Positions 36,239-48,464 of a DNA stretch of 64,000 nucleotides are shown here, in pieces. Location: assembly GCF_021028975.2 (NCBI RefSeq), contig NC_059438.1, forward strand, positions 2,976,001-3,040,000, in the 5' to 3' direction. The translations under genes and the position numbers were made by a program. The notes under the pieces were generated by a model. It had not been told where the DNA came from and did not search any database. It saw only the letters and a list, made by a program, of their open reading frames with translations. Source of the DNA: Sphaerodactylus townsendi (lineage: Eukaryota). Numbering within the stretch: position 1 is the first letter of the stretch; each line of letters opens with the position of its first letter.

Positions 36239-36785
36239 GACCCCTTTTGCACAGGTTAATAAAAGTGGCTTGGGGCAGGATAAAACCCGTGTTGGCAGGA
36301 ACTCTGCATGGTTCCCACCCTAAACACGAGTCTAACCCCCCCTAACCCCCGTTGGTAGTCGCAGCGTGAGTTATTTGGTAATCGAATTATCTGCAATTCT
36401 TTTGTGTTAATGTGCTGCGCAGCTGCTGCGGCCTGAGCAAATGACTGCAGCTGTGAGGTGCATTAACACAAACAAATCACAAATCACAAATTCCCTTCCC
36501 CTCCCCAGCTCCCTTCTGCAGAGTTTGGGAGGGGAAACGGGTCATTCCATGGCCCAGGGGGTTGCTCCTGCCTGCCTGTGCAGCTGTGCTTTGCAGGCAA
36601 GCAGGGGAGGAAAGGAAAGGCAGCCGGGGAGGGAGAAAAGGACGTGCTGCCATGCGAACAGTGTGCACCTCATTCACATGGCAGGCTAACCATGGGTTGG
36701 CCAGTCATGTAAACAGCTCAGGAGTGGGGCCAGGTTCATGTAACCCACCTCTCACCCAGGTTTTTGGCCCATGGGGGAAGGGGCC
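36239..36785. mobile_element. Older Harbinger-type MITE, family D
   Basis: GACCCCTTTTGCA...TGGGGGAAGGGGCC degenerate TIR; TSD CTG. Confidence 0.7.
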
Positions 36786-38166
36786 CTGATTTCAAGTAAA
36801 GCAATACCAGGATGGGGGTTTCATACAGCAGATTGAAATCTATTCACAAGCTTTATTTGAAGAGTGCAACCTACCCTTTTTGCAGAATGTTCTTTTTAAA
36901 AAAAAAATGTTTTAACTTTTATATGATAGCACCACACCAATATGGCAGATTGCTATATTGGTCTGACACGGGAGTACAGAAATTAAAATATTTTAAAGCC
37001 AAAAAGGAAAAAAAAGAAAAGAATGCACCATGAAAAGGGTCAGAAAAAAATGTGGCACTTCGAAAAGCAACTCAGACATTTGAAACACTATCCTTCAATG
37101 ATTCAGAAACACAAGGAAAACGTGAAAATGGAAGAAAGACATTTAAGCTGGGGGTGGAAGGGGTGGGAAAGCAGCTGAGCCCTGCTTTCTGAATGGGTTT
37201 TATGTTTTAAAAAGTGCCAGAAGTCAAAACGGTTGTATCTGAAATGACACACACAGCCAGGTGCTGAAATAGATTATAAGGGCTGTTTGAAAGGGCTCAT
37301 TGTCTTGGGAAACAAGTCTATTAGCAGATAAGACATTGGGATGGATCCAGAATAGAAAAAGCACCTTTTCTTTTATAGAATAAGCCATTCCATTCATGAA
37401 ATGTATACTTCTGATGATGCAAGCCGTCTCTTGCACACAGAAGAACTCCTTTGGATCCAATCCAATATGAGAAGTAGTGGTCGAAAAAAAATGCATGTCC
37501 TTAAAACTCGTCTCACAGCTTTAGACTATATATTGTGTTCCAGTCAACATCAAAGGGATTTCTATGTCTCCGACCAGATTGGAAATTCATACTCAGGTAT
37601 GTGTGCCGCCCAGGATTCCTGCATGCTCCTGCCTATTTTTGAAACTCTCTTTGATTAATACCATGCTTCGATGCTTCCATCTGTCTGTGTGCTAAACACG
37701 AGTTTCCAAAGATGCTATTATGTGATGTACATTGGTAATGAAGGCAAAGTTTGAGATCTTCTTCTTATCAGGATCCTAGAAAATGCCTTGCCAAAGGAAA
37801 ATGATAGAGAACACTAATTTAACTGCAAAGGAAATAGCCACGAGGCAGTAGATTCTTTTTCTTAGTCTAACCTAATGAAATTATTCTCCCCTCTGCAGAA
37901 CATTTCCAATTCTTTCCATTTCAAGTGCTCTGGGAAATATAATTTCACTCATTATTCTGTGCTGGGTTTTCCTTGATGACAGAAATAATGGTTCGCTGAC
38001 TAATGAAACCATTTTATCCAACTTGTTATGTCTGTGGATCACAGAATTATCACATATTACAGTTTGTTATTCATCTGGTAAGGTAGCCAAGATTTTTAGG
38101 GGCACAGTGATATCCAGCTATCTATTCTTTGGTGTACAATTGTAATGGCTATTTTCCAGACAATCT

Positions 38167-38307
38167 GGCCCCTTTCGCACACGCAAAATAATGCATTTTC
38201 AAACCACTTTCACAACTGTTTGCAAGTGGATTTTGTTATTCCGCACAGCTTCAAAGAGCACTGAAAGCGGTTTGAAAGTGCATTATTCTGCATGTGTGGA
38301 ATGAGCC
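38167..38307. mobile_element. 141-bp Harbinger-type MITE, family C
   Basis: GGCCCCTTTCGCAC...GTGTGGAATGAGCC; TSD TCT; near-identical to 45017. Confidence 0.93.
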
Positions 38308-41300
38308 TCTGAATTGTGAGAAATGTTATCCTAAAAGGAACTCAGAAGATTAATCCTTGTCCTCTACTAACAATTGTGATGAAAATTCACTCCAGCATGT
38401 TTCATACAGGCAACTAGCTTATAAACATGAAAGAGTTTCTTACTGGAACAGTTTACAAGTAGGACAGTAGCAGTGCCATCCTAAATCCATGGACTTAAAA
38501 GTGCGTACCTTAGTTTAGAATCATACTGTTCTTGCCACTAGCATATGGGAGAAAATATTTCTTGTATAAAATTCTTCCTGGCATGCTAGGAACATCCATA
38601 GATTTTTTTAATGTAAGAAAAACACTGAAATAGTATGTTACCAGACTGAACCATGATGAATGGGGGCTCTGTTTCTAAAACAAAAGTGTCTCTACCCATC
38701 CTGCCAACCCTTGGAGTGCCAGCAGTGCAGTTCCAAGATGAGGTGCCCATTCTCTGCATTGGCTCAACTACCCACAAGGACAGAAAACCTGTCTGGATTG
38801 CCCTCACCCATATCTGCCTTGCATAATAGCTTCCCTCTCCCCTCCTAAAGGGATTAAGGTAAAATCAAGCCTTCAGCTGGGAAAGTCAGTTTCCACCTCC
38901 CACCCTGGTCTATCTGCCTCACTGAGACAAAGAACACGCTAATGTGATTGCTTCAAGGAGCTCCTGCCAGTACAATAATAATCTTAGTTTCTTCCTCTAA
39001 CTTCTCTCTAAAACCATCTTATTTGCATTACCATTGTTTTACGGCTGTGATTGTCAGCTCCTTCCCCCCCTTCAGGCACCTTCAGGCATCAAGCCAAGTG
39101 CTCAAACCACTAGATTAACTACCCAATACTTAAGTTCATGTTCCTCTCTCATCTTTCCCCAGAAAGGCAAGGCTTCCCTTTGTCTTGGGAAATTAAGAAT
39201 AATTTGTTTACCTCAATTTTCCTCAAGTTTATCTCAAATTCAAACAGTATTCGGCTCAAGCCATAAAAAGTTCATTTCTTATACACACAAAGGGGATGAC
39301 TGCAAAATCCCCCATTCCAAAGCTCATTGATGTCATGGACAAAAATGCTCAACCACCCTGCAAAGAAAAAGACTTGTGTGAACTGAATGTTGAGGACTCC
39401 CCTGAATCCTCTGCAATATTCAGAGATTCTTCAGCAGACCAAGTGGAAAGGATTCTCTGAAGACAGAAAATTGGGCAGTGCCTGCCTTAGACTATCGAAG
39501 AGTAGCTGCCAGTCAAATGTGGAAATAAAAGTTCATTCGGCTGGAATTGCTTCTTCTGTCTGAAGCTGCACTCATACGAACACTTTTATTCCCAATGTGA
39601 TTTTATGTTTCAAGTTGCCATCCACTTGGCATCAAGTATAACTAATTTGTCTCCAGAAATCTAGCAGAAGCTTCCACAGCTGGAGCTGTTGGACCCATTA
39701 CATTGTGAAGTGTCTCCAAAAGGTTCCTCTGGGCCTTGCATCCCTTCAGAGAAACTAGGATGTTGCTGAATTTTGTGACTACTCTGGCACAAATCAAATG
39801 TCAACGTTTCTATTGAGGTTCCTTAACATTTGGGATAAAATTACAGTCATCTCCCTCTACTCCCCAAAACACAAAATTTTATAGTAACAGGATAACACTG
39901 TGCTTGCATATAGTAGTGTTTGCCCTAAATATGCTATAAATTAAGAAAGCTGTCAGCAAGGAATGGGCTAAGGAACTATCACTCCACCCCTCAAATTTAC
40001 ACCTACCCCAAGCTGCTATTTCATTTATTTAAAAACAAAACTGATTGCTTACTCAATTGGATGTAACATTCAAAAGAAAATTCTTTTACAATTAGAGATG
40101 TAAAAAATACCAGATTTTTGACACCATAGCGGACAAAAATGTTGTTCTTTTCTTTTCTTTTTCTCCCAGGAGAATGAATTTTTGGGGAAAAAAATATATG
40201 TAATACTTATTATCCTATGAAATCCAAAATAATTGTACTGCTATAACAACATAGAATACATTATTTGCAACCTATTTAACATACAAAATAGCAATATTTG
40301 TAACATTTAAAAATTTTAAATGCCTTAGTTTTGTAACAAAATTGCAAATATACCCAATTTTTGAGAGAAAACTGTAAGCTGATGTATCCTGTTCTGTCTT
40401 AACACAAATTTGGTGAATGTACTTTTGATTTGTACTTCAGAAATGTCTGTAATGCTCTGGAGCCTATTTAATATGCCTAATAAAGGTTGTTGTATTGTAT
40501 AAACAAATTTGGTGAGAGAGAACTAAATTCTCAATAAAACTTTCAGTTTTCCTCTGTGCAGTTTTTGCCCAAACTCCATTTAATGCTTTTATGGCCATCT
40601 TGTACGGTAGGGCAATAAGGTACTTTTTGTCCAGCCTGTGGATAAAAGTGTCACAGCGGTGCAATCAAGAGGTAAGAAGGTCGACCATGTCAAGTCAGGA
40701 CAACAGAAGGCATATAACTGTTGAGAAGCAGTGAAAACCCTAAATGCTCCATTCATGAAGGTTAGGTATGTTTCTCAGTGCAGAAATGCATCTTCAGTTT
40801 AAGAGCTGTATATGTCTACAGCGTGCCCACCTGGTCTTTGAAAACATTCCACTTATTCTAAAAGATAAAATATTTCATAGAAATTCCCCCCACCAAAAAA
40901 AAAACTTTCCCAATTTTTCCATCAGAATATTTTTTTTTCAAAAAAGGCCTCAGAGAAAAAAAAACGTCCCCCGCTTTCAAAAAAGGCCTCAGCGAAAAAA
41001 ACTTTCCCCTCAGAGAAAAAAACTTTTTCCAAGGCCTTCATAAATCCAGGTATGGTGAAGTCCAAAGCAGAGTAGAACACTTCTGAGTGTCTTCTAATCA
41101 AAGGGACTAGAAGGGTATATTTAGGTTTGCACTGTTACTCTGTTCAGTGATGGACAAGAAAATAATATAGATTTTTTTTTCTAATGTACCTCAAAGAGAT
41201 TTTGGAACAAAATGTTAGTTTTACATTTTCGAAGTCCTGGGCTGGATTCCTGGCCCGCTCTGACTGTACTGAGATGGAACCCAGCGTAAAGCACTGATGA

Positions 41301-41311
41301 AGTTTAACATA

Positions 41312-41595
41312 TGGGCCTTTCCCCACTTACCGTAAGCCCCGCGCTACTTGAGGAGAGTAGCGCGGGGTTCCTCCTCCCTCCCCACGGCAGGGGCGGCCAC
41401 AGCACAGCCGCCTCGACACTGCCGCTGTCGCGCCCCCTCAGTGTGCGGCATCCCAGGTGCTCTTCTGAACGACGCCTTTTGACGACCCCGCACAGAGCGC
41501 GGGGTCATGGGGACGCCTGGGCGCGTGCCTGGGATGCCGCACGCTGAGAGCAGCGCGTGGCATAGGGGGGATGGAAGGGAGTGAGGAAAGGCCCA
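41312..41595. mobile_element. GC-rich MITE with Harbinger-like TIRs
   Basis: TGGGCCTTTCCCCACT...AGTGAGGAAAGGCCCA flanked by TA; internal hairpin CCCCGCGCTACT/AGTAGCGCGGGG. Confidence 0.8.
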
Positions 41596-42384
41596 TATGG
41601 AAGTTTAGCTTCAAACGCCACCCTCTTTAACAAGAGCCGGGTCGCCTGATGTCAGACTGAAAACAGCAACCAATTAGACTTGAAATCACCAGACAGAACA
41701 CCAGAGAGCAAAGCTGTTGCCTGTAATCAAGGCAAATAGTTCTATTTCACCATCCCTAGTCCAAGTTTGTAATGGGAGAAAAATACTGCACAACTCTGGA
41801 ACTGTTGTGGATGAGGTTTTTTTTTTTTTTTTAAAATCTATTTACAGCCTTAAAAGGTTGCAGAAAGCAGGGAATTTATAAGCTCAGGCTTCACTGCACT
41901 TGTCTTTCATGCTTCGAAATGTGTCCTTTTAAGATATTATTCCGTTTCACACTTGATTGACTAAAGAATTTAAGAAGTATCTCTCCCCACAGTTATATCT
42001 ATTCTTAAGTCTCTTATCATTTCCTTAATGTTGGCATGTATACATTTCAATATCCATCATGCAGTGTGCAAAAATATTTTGTAAAAAACAAACAAAAACA
42101 AACTGGCAATGGATATTCTTCCCCTCCCCAAAGGAAAAAAACACACACACATACATAGTTAAAGAAAGGTGTGGAGAGTTCCCTTATTCACATTGACAAG
42201 TTTTCTATTTGTGTCATTTAAGGGTTTCTCCCATTCTTCAATATCAGTAAAACATATCACAATATGACCACAATCTAGCAATTTTTTCTTCTTGTTGTTG
42301 TTGTTGTCAAGTCACAGCTGACTTTTGGGGACTCCACAGGATTTTCAAAGCAGGAGACAGTCAAAGGAGATATCTTTGGAGATA

Positions 42385-43299
42385 CCGTATATACTCATGT
42401 ATAAGTCGAATTTTTCAGCACATTTTTAATGCTGAAAAAGCTCCCCTCGACTTATATACGGGTCATTAAAATTTTGTGTGTGTTTTTACTTTGCTGGCCA
42501 GCAGGGGGAGCAGTATTTATGATAGCGACACCAAAATTTCAGGGTACCCTCAAAAGACACTCCTGATGATACCAGCCAAGTTTGGTAATGTTTGGTTCAG
42601 GGAGTCCAAAGTTATGGACCCCCAAAAGAGGTGCCCCCATTCTCCATTGTTTTCAATGGGAGCTATTAGTAGATGAGGCTACCCTTAGAGGGTCCATAAC
42701 TTTGGACCCTCTGAACCAAAATTCACCAAGCCTGGCTGGTCTCATCAGGAGAGTCTCTTTATGATACCAGCCAGGTTTGGTGAAGTTTGGGTCAGGGAAT
42801 CCAAAGTTATTGATCCCCAAAAGGGTGCCCCACCCCCCATTGTTTACAATGGAAGCTAATAGTAGATTTTCCATTTCTGATAATATCCCTCTTAAAATCT
42901 AAGTTGGGTTACACTGGACATACAGATGATGATGAGGAATCCAGTTTTGAAGGATTTTAACTCCTGTGTTTTAGCTTGGTTGCTGATTGAGCTAAGGTTT
43001 TTGTACTTTTACAGTTACTGTTGGAGAATTCATATATTGTTCTTTTGTTGACCCTCTTTTCCACTTACAGAGCCAGTTTACTGTTTTTCTTTGAAATAAA
43101 TATTCAAAAACATTTAACCTACTGATGCCTCAATTGATGTAATTTTATTGGTATCTATTTTTATTTTTGAAATTTACCAGCAGCTACTGCATTTCCCACC
43201 CTCGACTTATACACGAGTCAATAAGTTTTCCCAGTTTTTTGTGGTAAAATTAAGTGCCTAGACTTATATGCGGGTTGACTTATACATGAGTATATACGG
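42385..43299 (+). mobile_element. Tc1/mariner (Tc2/pogo-like) non-autonomous deletion derivative
   Basis: TIR CCGTATATACTCATGTATAAGTC...GACTTATACATGAGTATATACGG; TA TSD; retains TDDDEESSFEGF* at 42922-42960. Confidence 0.92.
42495..42513 (+). promoter_or_regulatory. CTCF-like motif inside the transposon
   Basis: TGGCCAGCAGGGGGAGCAG versus consensus TGGCCACCAGGGGGCGC; binding unproven. Confidence 0.45.
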
Positions 43300-43452
43300 T
43301 ATCTTCCATCCAAGTACTAACCAGGAGTGACCCTCCTTAGCTTTCAAGATCTGATGAGGTCAGGCTTGCCTAGGTTATCCTGGTCAAGGCTAGAAAACAT
43401 TAGGAGTGTGGAAATCAGCTGTTCAGCCTAAGAATTCTCAAATATGGACTGG

Positions 43453-43580
43453 GGCGGATTACTCATGGGACAAAAACAGCAGTGTGAAAATGGTGTGAGA
43501 ATGGTATAAACCTTTTACACCATTTTAAACCGTTTTACACCATTTTCACACCACTCTTTTTGGCCCATGTGGAATCTGCC
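43453..43580. mobile_element. Harbinger-type MITE, family E (older copy)
   Basis: Homologous to 44831-44970; GGCGGATT...AATCTGCC. Confidence 0.8.
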
Positions 43581-44299
43581 AGGGGGTCACTGAAATGTTG
43601 TGGTCAAGGTTACTTCATATGGCTCTAGAGAAGACTTCCCTCCATCAGATGAAGAGTCCTGTCATGATTCTACACATTTTATGATGTATGACTTAAAAGA
43701 ATCTTTAGCTATGCAGGTACAATTCTAGAACTCTATGCTCTAGAACTCTAGAGTCAATGCAGTTCAGGCCAGCTGTTGGATTTTAGCCAGTCAGGCAAAG
43801 GTGCCCAAGCCACTGTCCCACCATAGGTAGGCATTCTTCTCACCTGTCCTCTGGGGAGGAAAGAGGAAGGAGGAAGACACTGTCCTAATCCTCCTCTTCC
43901 CTAGCACTGGGGCAAGATTCAGTTACACCCACCTCAGCACCACAGGTAGTCACAAAGAGGTTTCCCTGTCATCTCTACCTGCTGGTGTGAGCATGCCCAT
44001 ATCTTTTCCCATTTGGGGAGAAAACCAACTAGGAATTAATATTAGTGGACAACTGCCTAGAAATATGGCATGTAGTTCAAACTATAATGATCAATAATGC
44101 ACAAAATAATGATTTTGACAAAGGCATAAAAATGAATAATTCTCATATCCATTTGGGACTATATTCTAATGTGGAAGCACACAATTTTCTTTACCACTGC
44201 ACCTCAACTAACCATACTAACATCTTTTTCTGAGACAGAGTATAGTTAATGGAAAAAAAAACATTGTGGGGCTTGAGCAGGCTATTTACCTTTAATTTG

Positions 44300-44672
44300 G
44301 TAAAGATGGTGTCAGCAGATCCAAATTTATGGACCACCATTGTTTCCAATAAAGGATGGAACAAGCCCCCTCTTTGGGGGCTCATGAAGTTGGACCCCCT
44401 GACCCAATCTTCACCAAACCTGGGGGGTTCTTGTGAGCAGAGTCACCTGCAACTATGCAGGAAATGTGGTGGCTCTATCTCAACAACAAAACAAAAATTA
44501 AGATTTTCCCTAATGTTTAATCCAAAACATTTCAGCTACTCGAAAAAAAGTAAAAAAAAAGAATATGTGAATTTTGCTTTTTTGGATTTTGGAAAAAAAT
44601 TAATAAATTCAGGTATATTAAACTCAAACCTGAAAAATACCAATAAAATAAAATAAATGGTGCATGTTCTTA
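44300..44672. mobile_element. Degenerate DNA-element fragment containing the shared internal module
   Basis: AAGTTGGACCCCCTGACCCAATCTTCACCAAACCTGG is similar to 42698-42740 and 58041-58080. Confidence 0.55.
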
Positions 44673-44830
44673 AATCTCATTCTGTCAGCCATTTTTTTAC
44701 TCTAAGCCTAGTACATTTTAATCTCTTCCTCCAAGAAGCTCAAAGTAGTGTTCATGATTTTTCCTTCAACATCTTGTTCTCTTGTCAACCCACTAAAGAA
44801 GGTTAGGGTGAGGCAGTACAACTCAACTGA

Positions 44831-44970
44831 GGCTGATTCCGCATAGGCCAAAAACAGCGGTGTGAAAACGGTGTGAAAACAGCATAAATCCTTTTACCCC
44901 ATTTAAAACCCTTTTACACCTTTTTCACACCGTTTTCACACTGCTGTTTTTGGCCCAGGCGGAATCAGCC
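44831..44970. mobile_element. 140-bp palindromic Harbinger-type MITE, family E
   Basis: TIR GGCTGATTCCGC...GCGGAATCAGCC; TSD TGA; internal GGTGTGAAAA repeats. Confidence 0.93.
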
Positions 44971-45016
44971 TGAGTTTCTGTGGAAGAAGGTTTGAAGTTG
45001 TGTTTTCTTTTACATT

Positions 45017-45157
45017 GGCCCCTTCCGCACACGCAAAATAATGCGTTTTCAAACCACTTTCACAACTGTTTGCAAGTGGATTTTGCCATTCCGCACAGCT
45101 TCAAAGAGCACTGAAAGCAGTTTGAAAGTGCATTATTCTGCATGTGCGGAATGAGCC
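45017..45157. mobile_element. 141-bp Harbinger-type MITE, family C
   Basis: GGCCCCTTCCGCAC...GTGCGGAATGAGCC; TSD ATT. Confidence 0.93.
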
Positions 45158-47357
45158 ATTGAGATTCTAACAACTTTCCAGACCAGCTCTCAGGTGACAG
45201 CAAGCGGAAGGGTAATTTCAGCACCCCCGCCACCTCCATCTTCTTTATTGTTACAATTTATCTCAGACTTCCAAGATTGCTCTTCAGTGTGAAACATATA
45301 AACTCAAAATAAGTCCCAAATAAACCTTCCACATTTAAATCACTATGATTTTTTTTGTTTGCTTTGTTTTACTCTGAGGCAAATGAATTGAAGACACTCT
45401 CTGTGGGTGTCTTATTTTCACCATGCTGAGATAAGGCTGAGTGAAATATGTCAATCATAATTTGTTTGAAGTGGATAGAACAGGGCAGCCCTCAAATATT
45501 TAAGTGTTCAGGAAGAAAAGCTGCGTAGCAATTCCCATAGCATGGTAATGGGAGCTTGCACAGATCTTCCTGACAGATTGTGCCCCATGCTCTACCATCA
45601 GAGACAGAAGAAAAGAAAAGACATAGACCTTTTGGGCTGGATATTTGGTTCAAAGATTAATTATAACATCTCAGAAATGATAACTGCACATGTTCCGTTT
45701 CAAGTGAGACCACATGTGTCTTAGAAATGCTCTTATAATTGGATCAAGGGTGAATGGGAATATTTGGATGACACGCTCACCTTCACTGAAATTTAAGCAT
45801 CTGAAAGAAATTGATCAGCTTAAGAGAGCCTTTTGACATTGTAGGAAATGGAATCATTCATGGTGAAGTGGGACCAACGGATTAAAAAAGAAAGCACTTG
45901 CAAAAAGTCGGCAACTATGCATGTTCATCCAAAAGTTTTGAAATTTAGTATTTGATAATGTCATTCAGGTTGGTTGAAAGGCTGACATTCTTTGTATAAA
46001 GAAAACATCCAGCAGATTCTTCTCCTTGGCTATGAGAAAAGACATTCGTCTGATCGGTGCAGAAACACTTGGTTTAACAAACCATTCCACTGTTTTTGTC
46101 TCTTTCAGTACATTTTGCAGCTGGATTTTAACGTATGAAATGGCAAATGACTGCTGAACTGTAATGAATGTGGATTGAAAGTGCTTTATTCAGCAAGTGT
46201 GGAAGTGTCTAGCCTACCTAACAACATGGGTGGTTGTTGGGAATGTAAAGTGGAGGAGAGGAGAATGATGACTCCAAGCTACTTTGGAGGAAAGGACAGT
46301 TCTAAGCAGGTTTACTCAGAATCCTTACCAAAACTTGCTCAGTCAGACTTACTCTCAGAGAAGTATTCTGAGGATGGCAAATGTTAATGACCTAACATAA
46401 CTGTCCATGACACTGGGGGAGAACTGATTAGATGCAGTTCCCAAAGCACTTTGGGAGGCAGAAGAGGATGAAATTGAAACACCACCTTGACTGCACAGCC
46501 TCAACATTGTTTGGCAGCTTCTCAAGTCCGATGGCAGCCAGGCGAGGCGAGCTGTGGCTCAGCTCTCGAGTGGTGGCGGCTGTCAAACATGGTCTGTTCG
46601 TCTGCCAAACCTGCTCGTCGTAAAGGCTGCAGCAGCATCCTTAAGCAAGTCCCGGAGGACTGAAAGGTACTTTTATCAAATAATGTTGGAAATGTTCACT
46701 TGCCTGCAGTTGTAAAAGATCTTCCTATTGCTTTGCTAATGGCAGCAACAACTGTCCAGGTGAATAAGGGGTGCGTTAATCATGTCTCTTCTGAGGCTCA
46801 GGGCTTACCTGAAAATCAGAACAAACCGACCTGTCAAAATGATCAAGTTTAGGGTAAGTAAAGCCAGGACTTGAACGAGAATTTGGTCCTGGTTTGTAGG
46901 TAACAAATAAACCACATCCACACATCGCAAAGCCGTCTAAAAATCACTTGTTCTATGTTTATTGATCGCTGTCAGTTTGAAAATATTGCTATTGCTTGAT
47001 GACGCCTCTTTCCATTTTCCTCTATAAGAAAATCTGAGAGCTAAAGAATAGGGTTTTTTTCCCCCCTTTGCTGCTGGCTTTAGTGTAATAGCATTTGTTA
47101 CCCATATTAATTATTAAATATTGTGCTTTCTTTTGAACTGCTGTTTGAAAACTATGATCAATAAAAGCTGGGAGAACTAATGACAGTCGAAAGAGGCTGC
47201 CTGTTGTGGCAACTTCTAAACATAAATATCTGCGATTCCCCATTGCCAATGCTTTGATCCTCTTGGAGTTTTCAATGGTCAGAGGAGTCTGCAAGCCCAG
47301 AGTGCAACTCGCCCCCTTTCACTTCCATCAGCAGTTTGAAAAGCCCCCTGAAATCTT

Positions 47358-47508
47358 AGCCCCTTCCGCACATGCAGAATAATGCACTTTCAATTCACTT
47401 TCACAATGGTTTGCAAATGGATTTTGCTGTTCCACACAGTAAAATCAAGCTGCAAAGTGCATTGAAAGTGTATTGGAAGTGTATTATTCTGCCTGTGCAG
47501 AAGAGGCC
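47358..47508. mobile_element. Harbinger-type MITE, family C relative
   Basis: AGCCCCTTCCGCACATGCAGAATAATGCAC...GTGCAGAAGAGGCC; TSD CTT. Confidence 0.88.
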
Positions 47509-47575
47509 CTTGTTCCTGAGGGAAAGAGACCCCAAGGTACCGAATGTTGGGACCATTTTGGGCTGCTACAGGAGA

Positions 47576-47786
47576 AGAGTTGCAAATTCTGGCTTGGTGC
47601 ATTCCTGACAATTTGGAGGTGGAGCCTGGGGAAAGCAGAGGTAGAGGATGGGCTGGACTTCATCAGGAATGTAATTCCATAGAGTTGATTCTCCAAAGCT
47701 GCCATAGGAGAACTGACCTCTAAAGTCTGGAGATCAGTTGTAATTCCCGGAGAACTCCAGGCTCCTGCTGGAGGTTGGCAACCACA
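47576..47786 (-). mobile_element. Old TAGGGTTGCCA-type element
   Basis: GTCTGGAGATCAGTTGTAATTCC...GGAGGTTGGCAACC. Confidence 0.72.
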
Positions 47787-48282
47787 TCAGGAGGGAGAAG
47801 GCTAGAAACTTGCACTCTGTAAGTGCAAATTCCTCCGCCCAAAGGAAACATCTGAGAGATCTAAGCCTACGTGATTGTGTCATAGTTTGAATCGAAAATA
47901 AACAGGGACAATTGATGAAAGGCGAAAAAAGACAAACAATGCACCAATTCAAAAGGGTTGACTTATTTACACCAACTGCCTACGACACATTTCTGATATG
48001 TACAAAGATTCAGAGCTGCATTATATGCTAGAAAGAGGGATCTGCAGTTTTGAAGGGGAAAAAAATAAACAGGTATTAATACGCCACCACTTTTTTGCAA
48101 AAAAATTCACCCAAACATGCAATGCTGTAGGAAGACAGCAATATCTGCAAAAGTAAGGGAAGGTTTGGCACTGTCCTATTTGATTCACCTTACCTAGTCG
48201 GGGTGGAAGGTAATCTAGAGAAAACGTTACTGATTATTTTAACTGTGATGTAGGTTCAGGTTGGTACCTGCTTGCCCGGGTG

Positions 48283-48464
48283 NNNNNNNNNNNNNNNNNN
48301 NNNNNNNNNNNNNNNNNNNNNNNNNNNNNNNNNNNNNNNNNNNNNNNNNNNNNNNNNNNNNNNNNNNNNNNNNNNNNNNNNNNNNNNNNNNNNNNNNNNN
48401 NNNNNNNNNNNNNNNNNNNNNNNNNNNNNNNNNNNNNNNNNNNNNNNNNNNNNNNNNNNNNNNN
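48283..48464. other. Assembly gap (182 N)
   Basis: Run of N. Confidence 1.

Larger units (their letters stand above)
42304..43390 (-). mobile_element. 5S-derived SINE split by the Tc2-like insertion (parts 42304-42384 and 43300-43390)
   Basis: Tail GTCAAGTCACAGCTGACTT on the left; CCATCCAAGTACTAACCAGG...AGATCTGATGAG on the right. Confidence 0.8.

Noticed and set aside
40633-40675. Possible 37-nt exon (TTTTTGTCCAG...GAG|GTAAGA); also a strong donor near 7443
   Set aside because: Isolated splice-like motifs with no recognisable peptide or partner exon; needs RNA-seq.
44860-44945. CRISPR-like or iteron-like short repeats
   Set aside because: Internal repeats of a palindromic MITE in vertebrate DNA; no spacers or cas genes.
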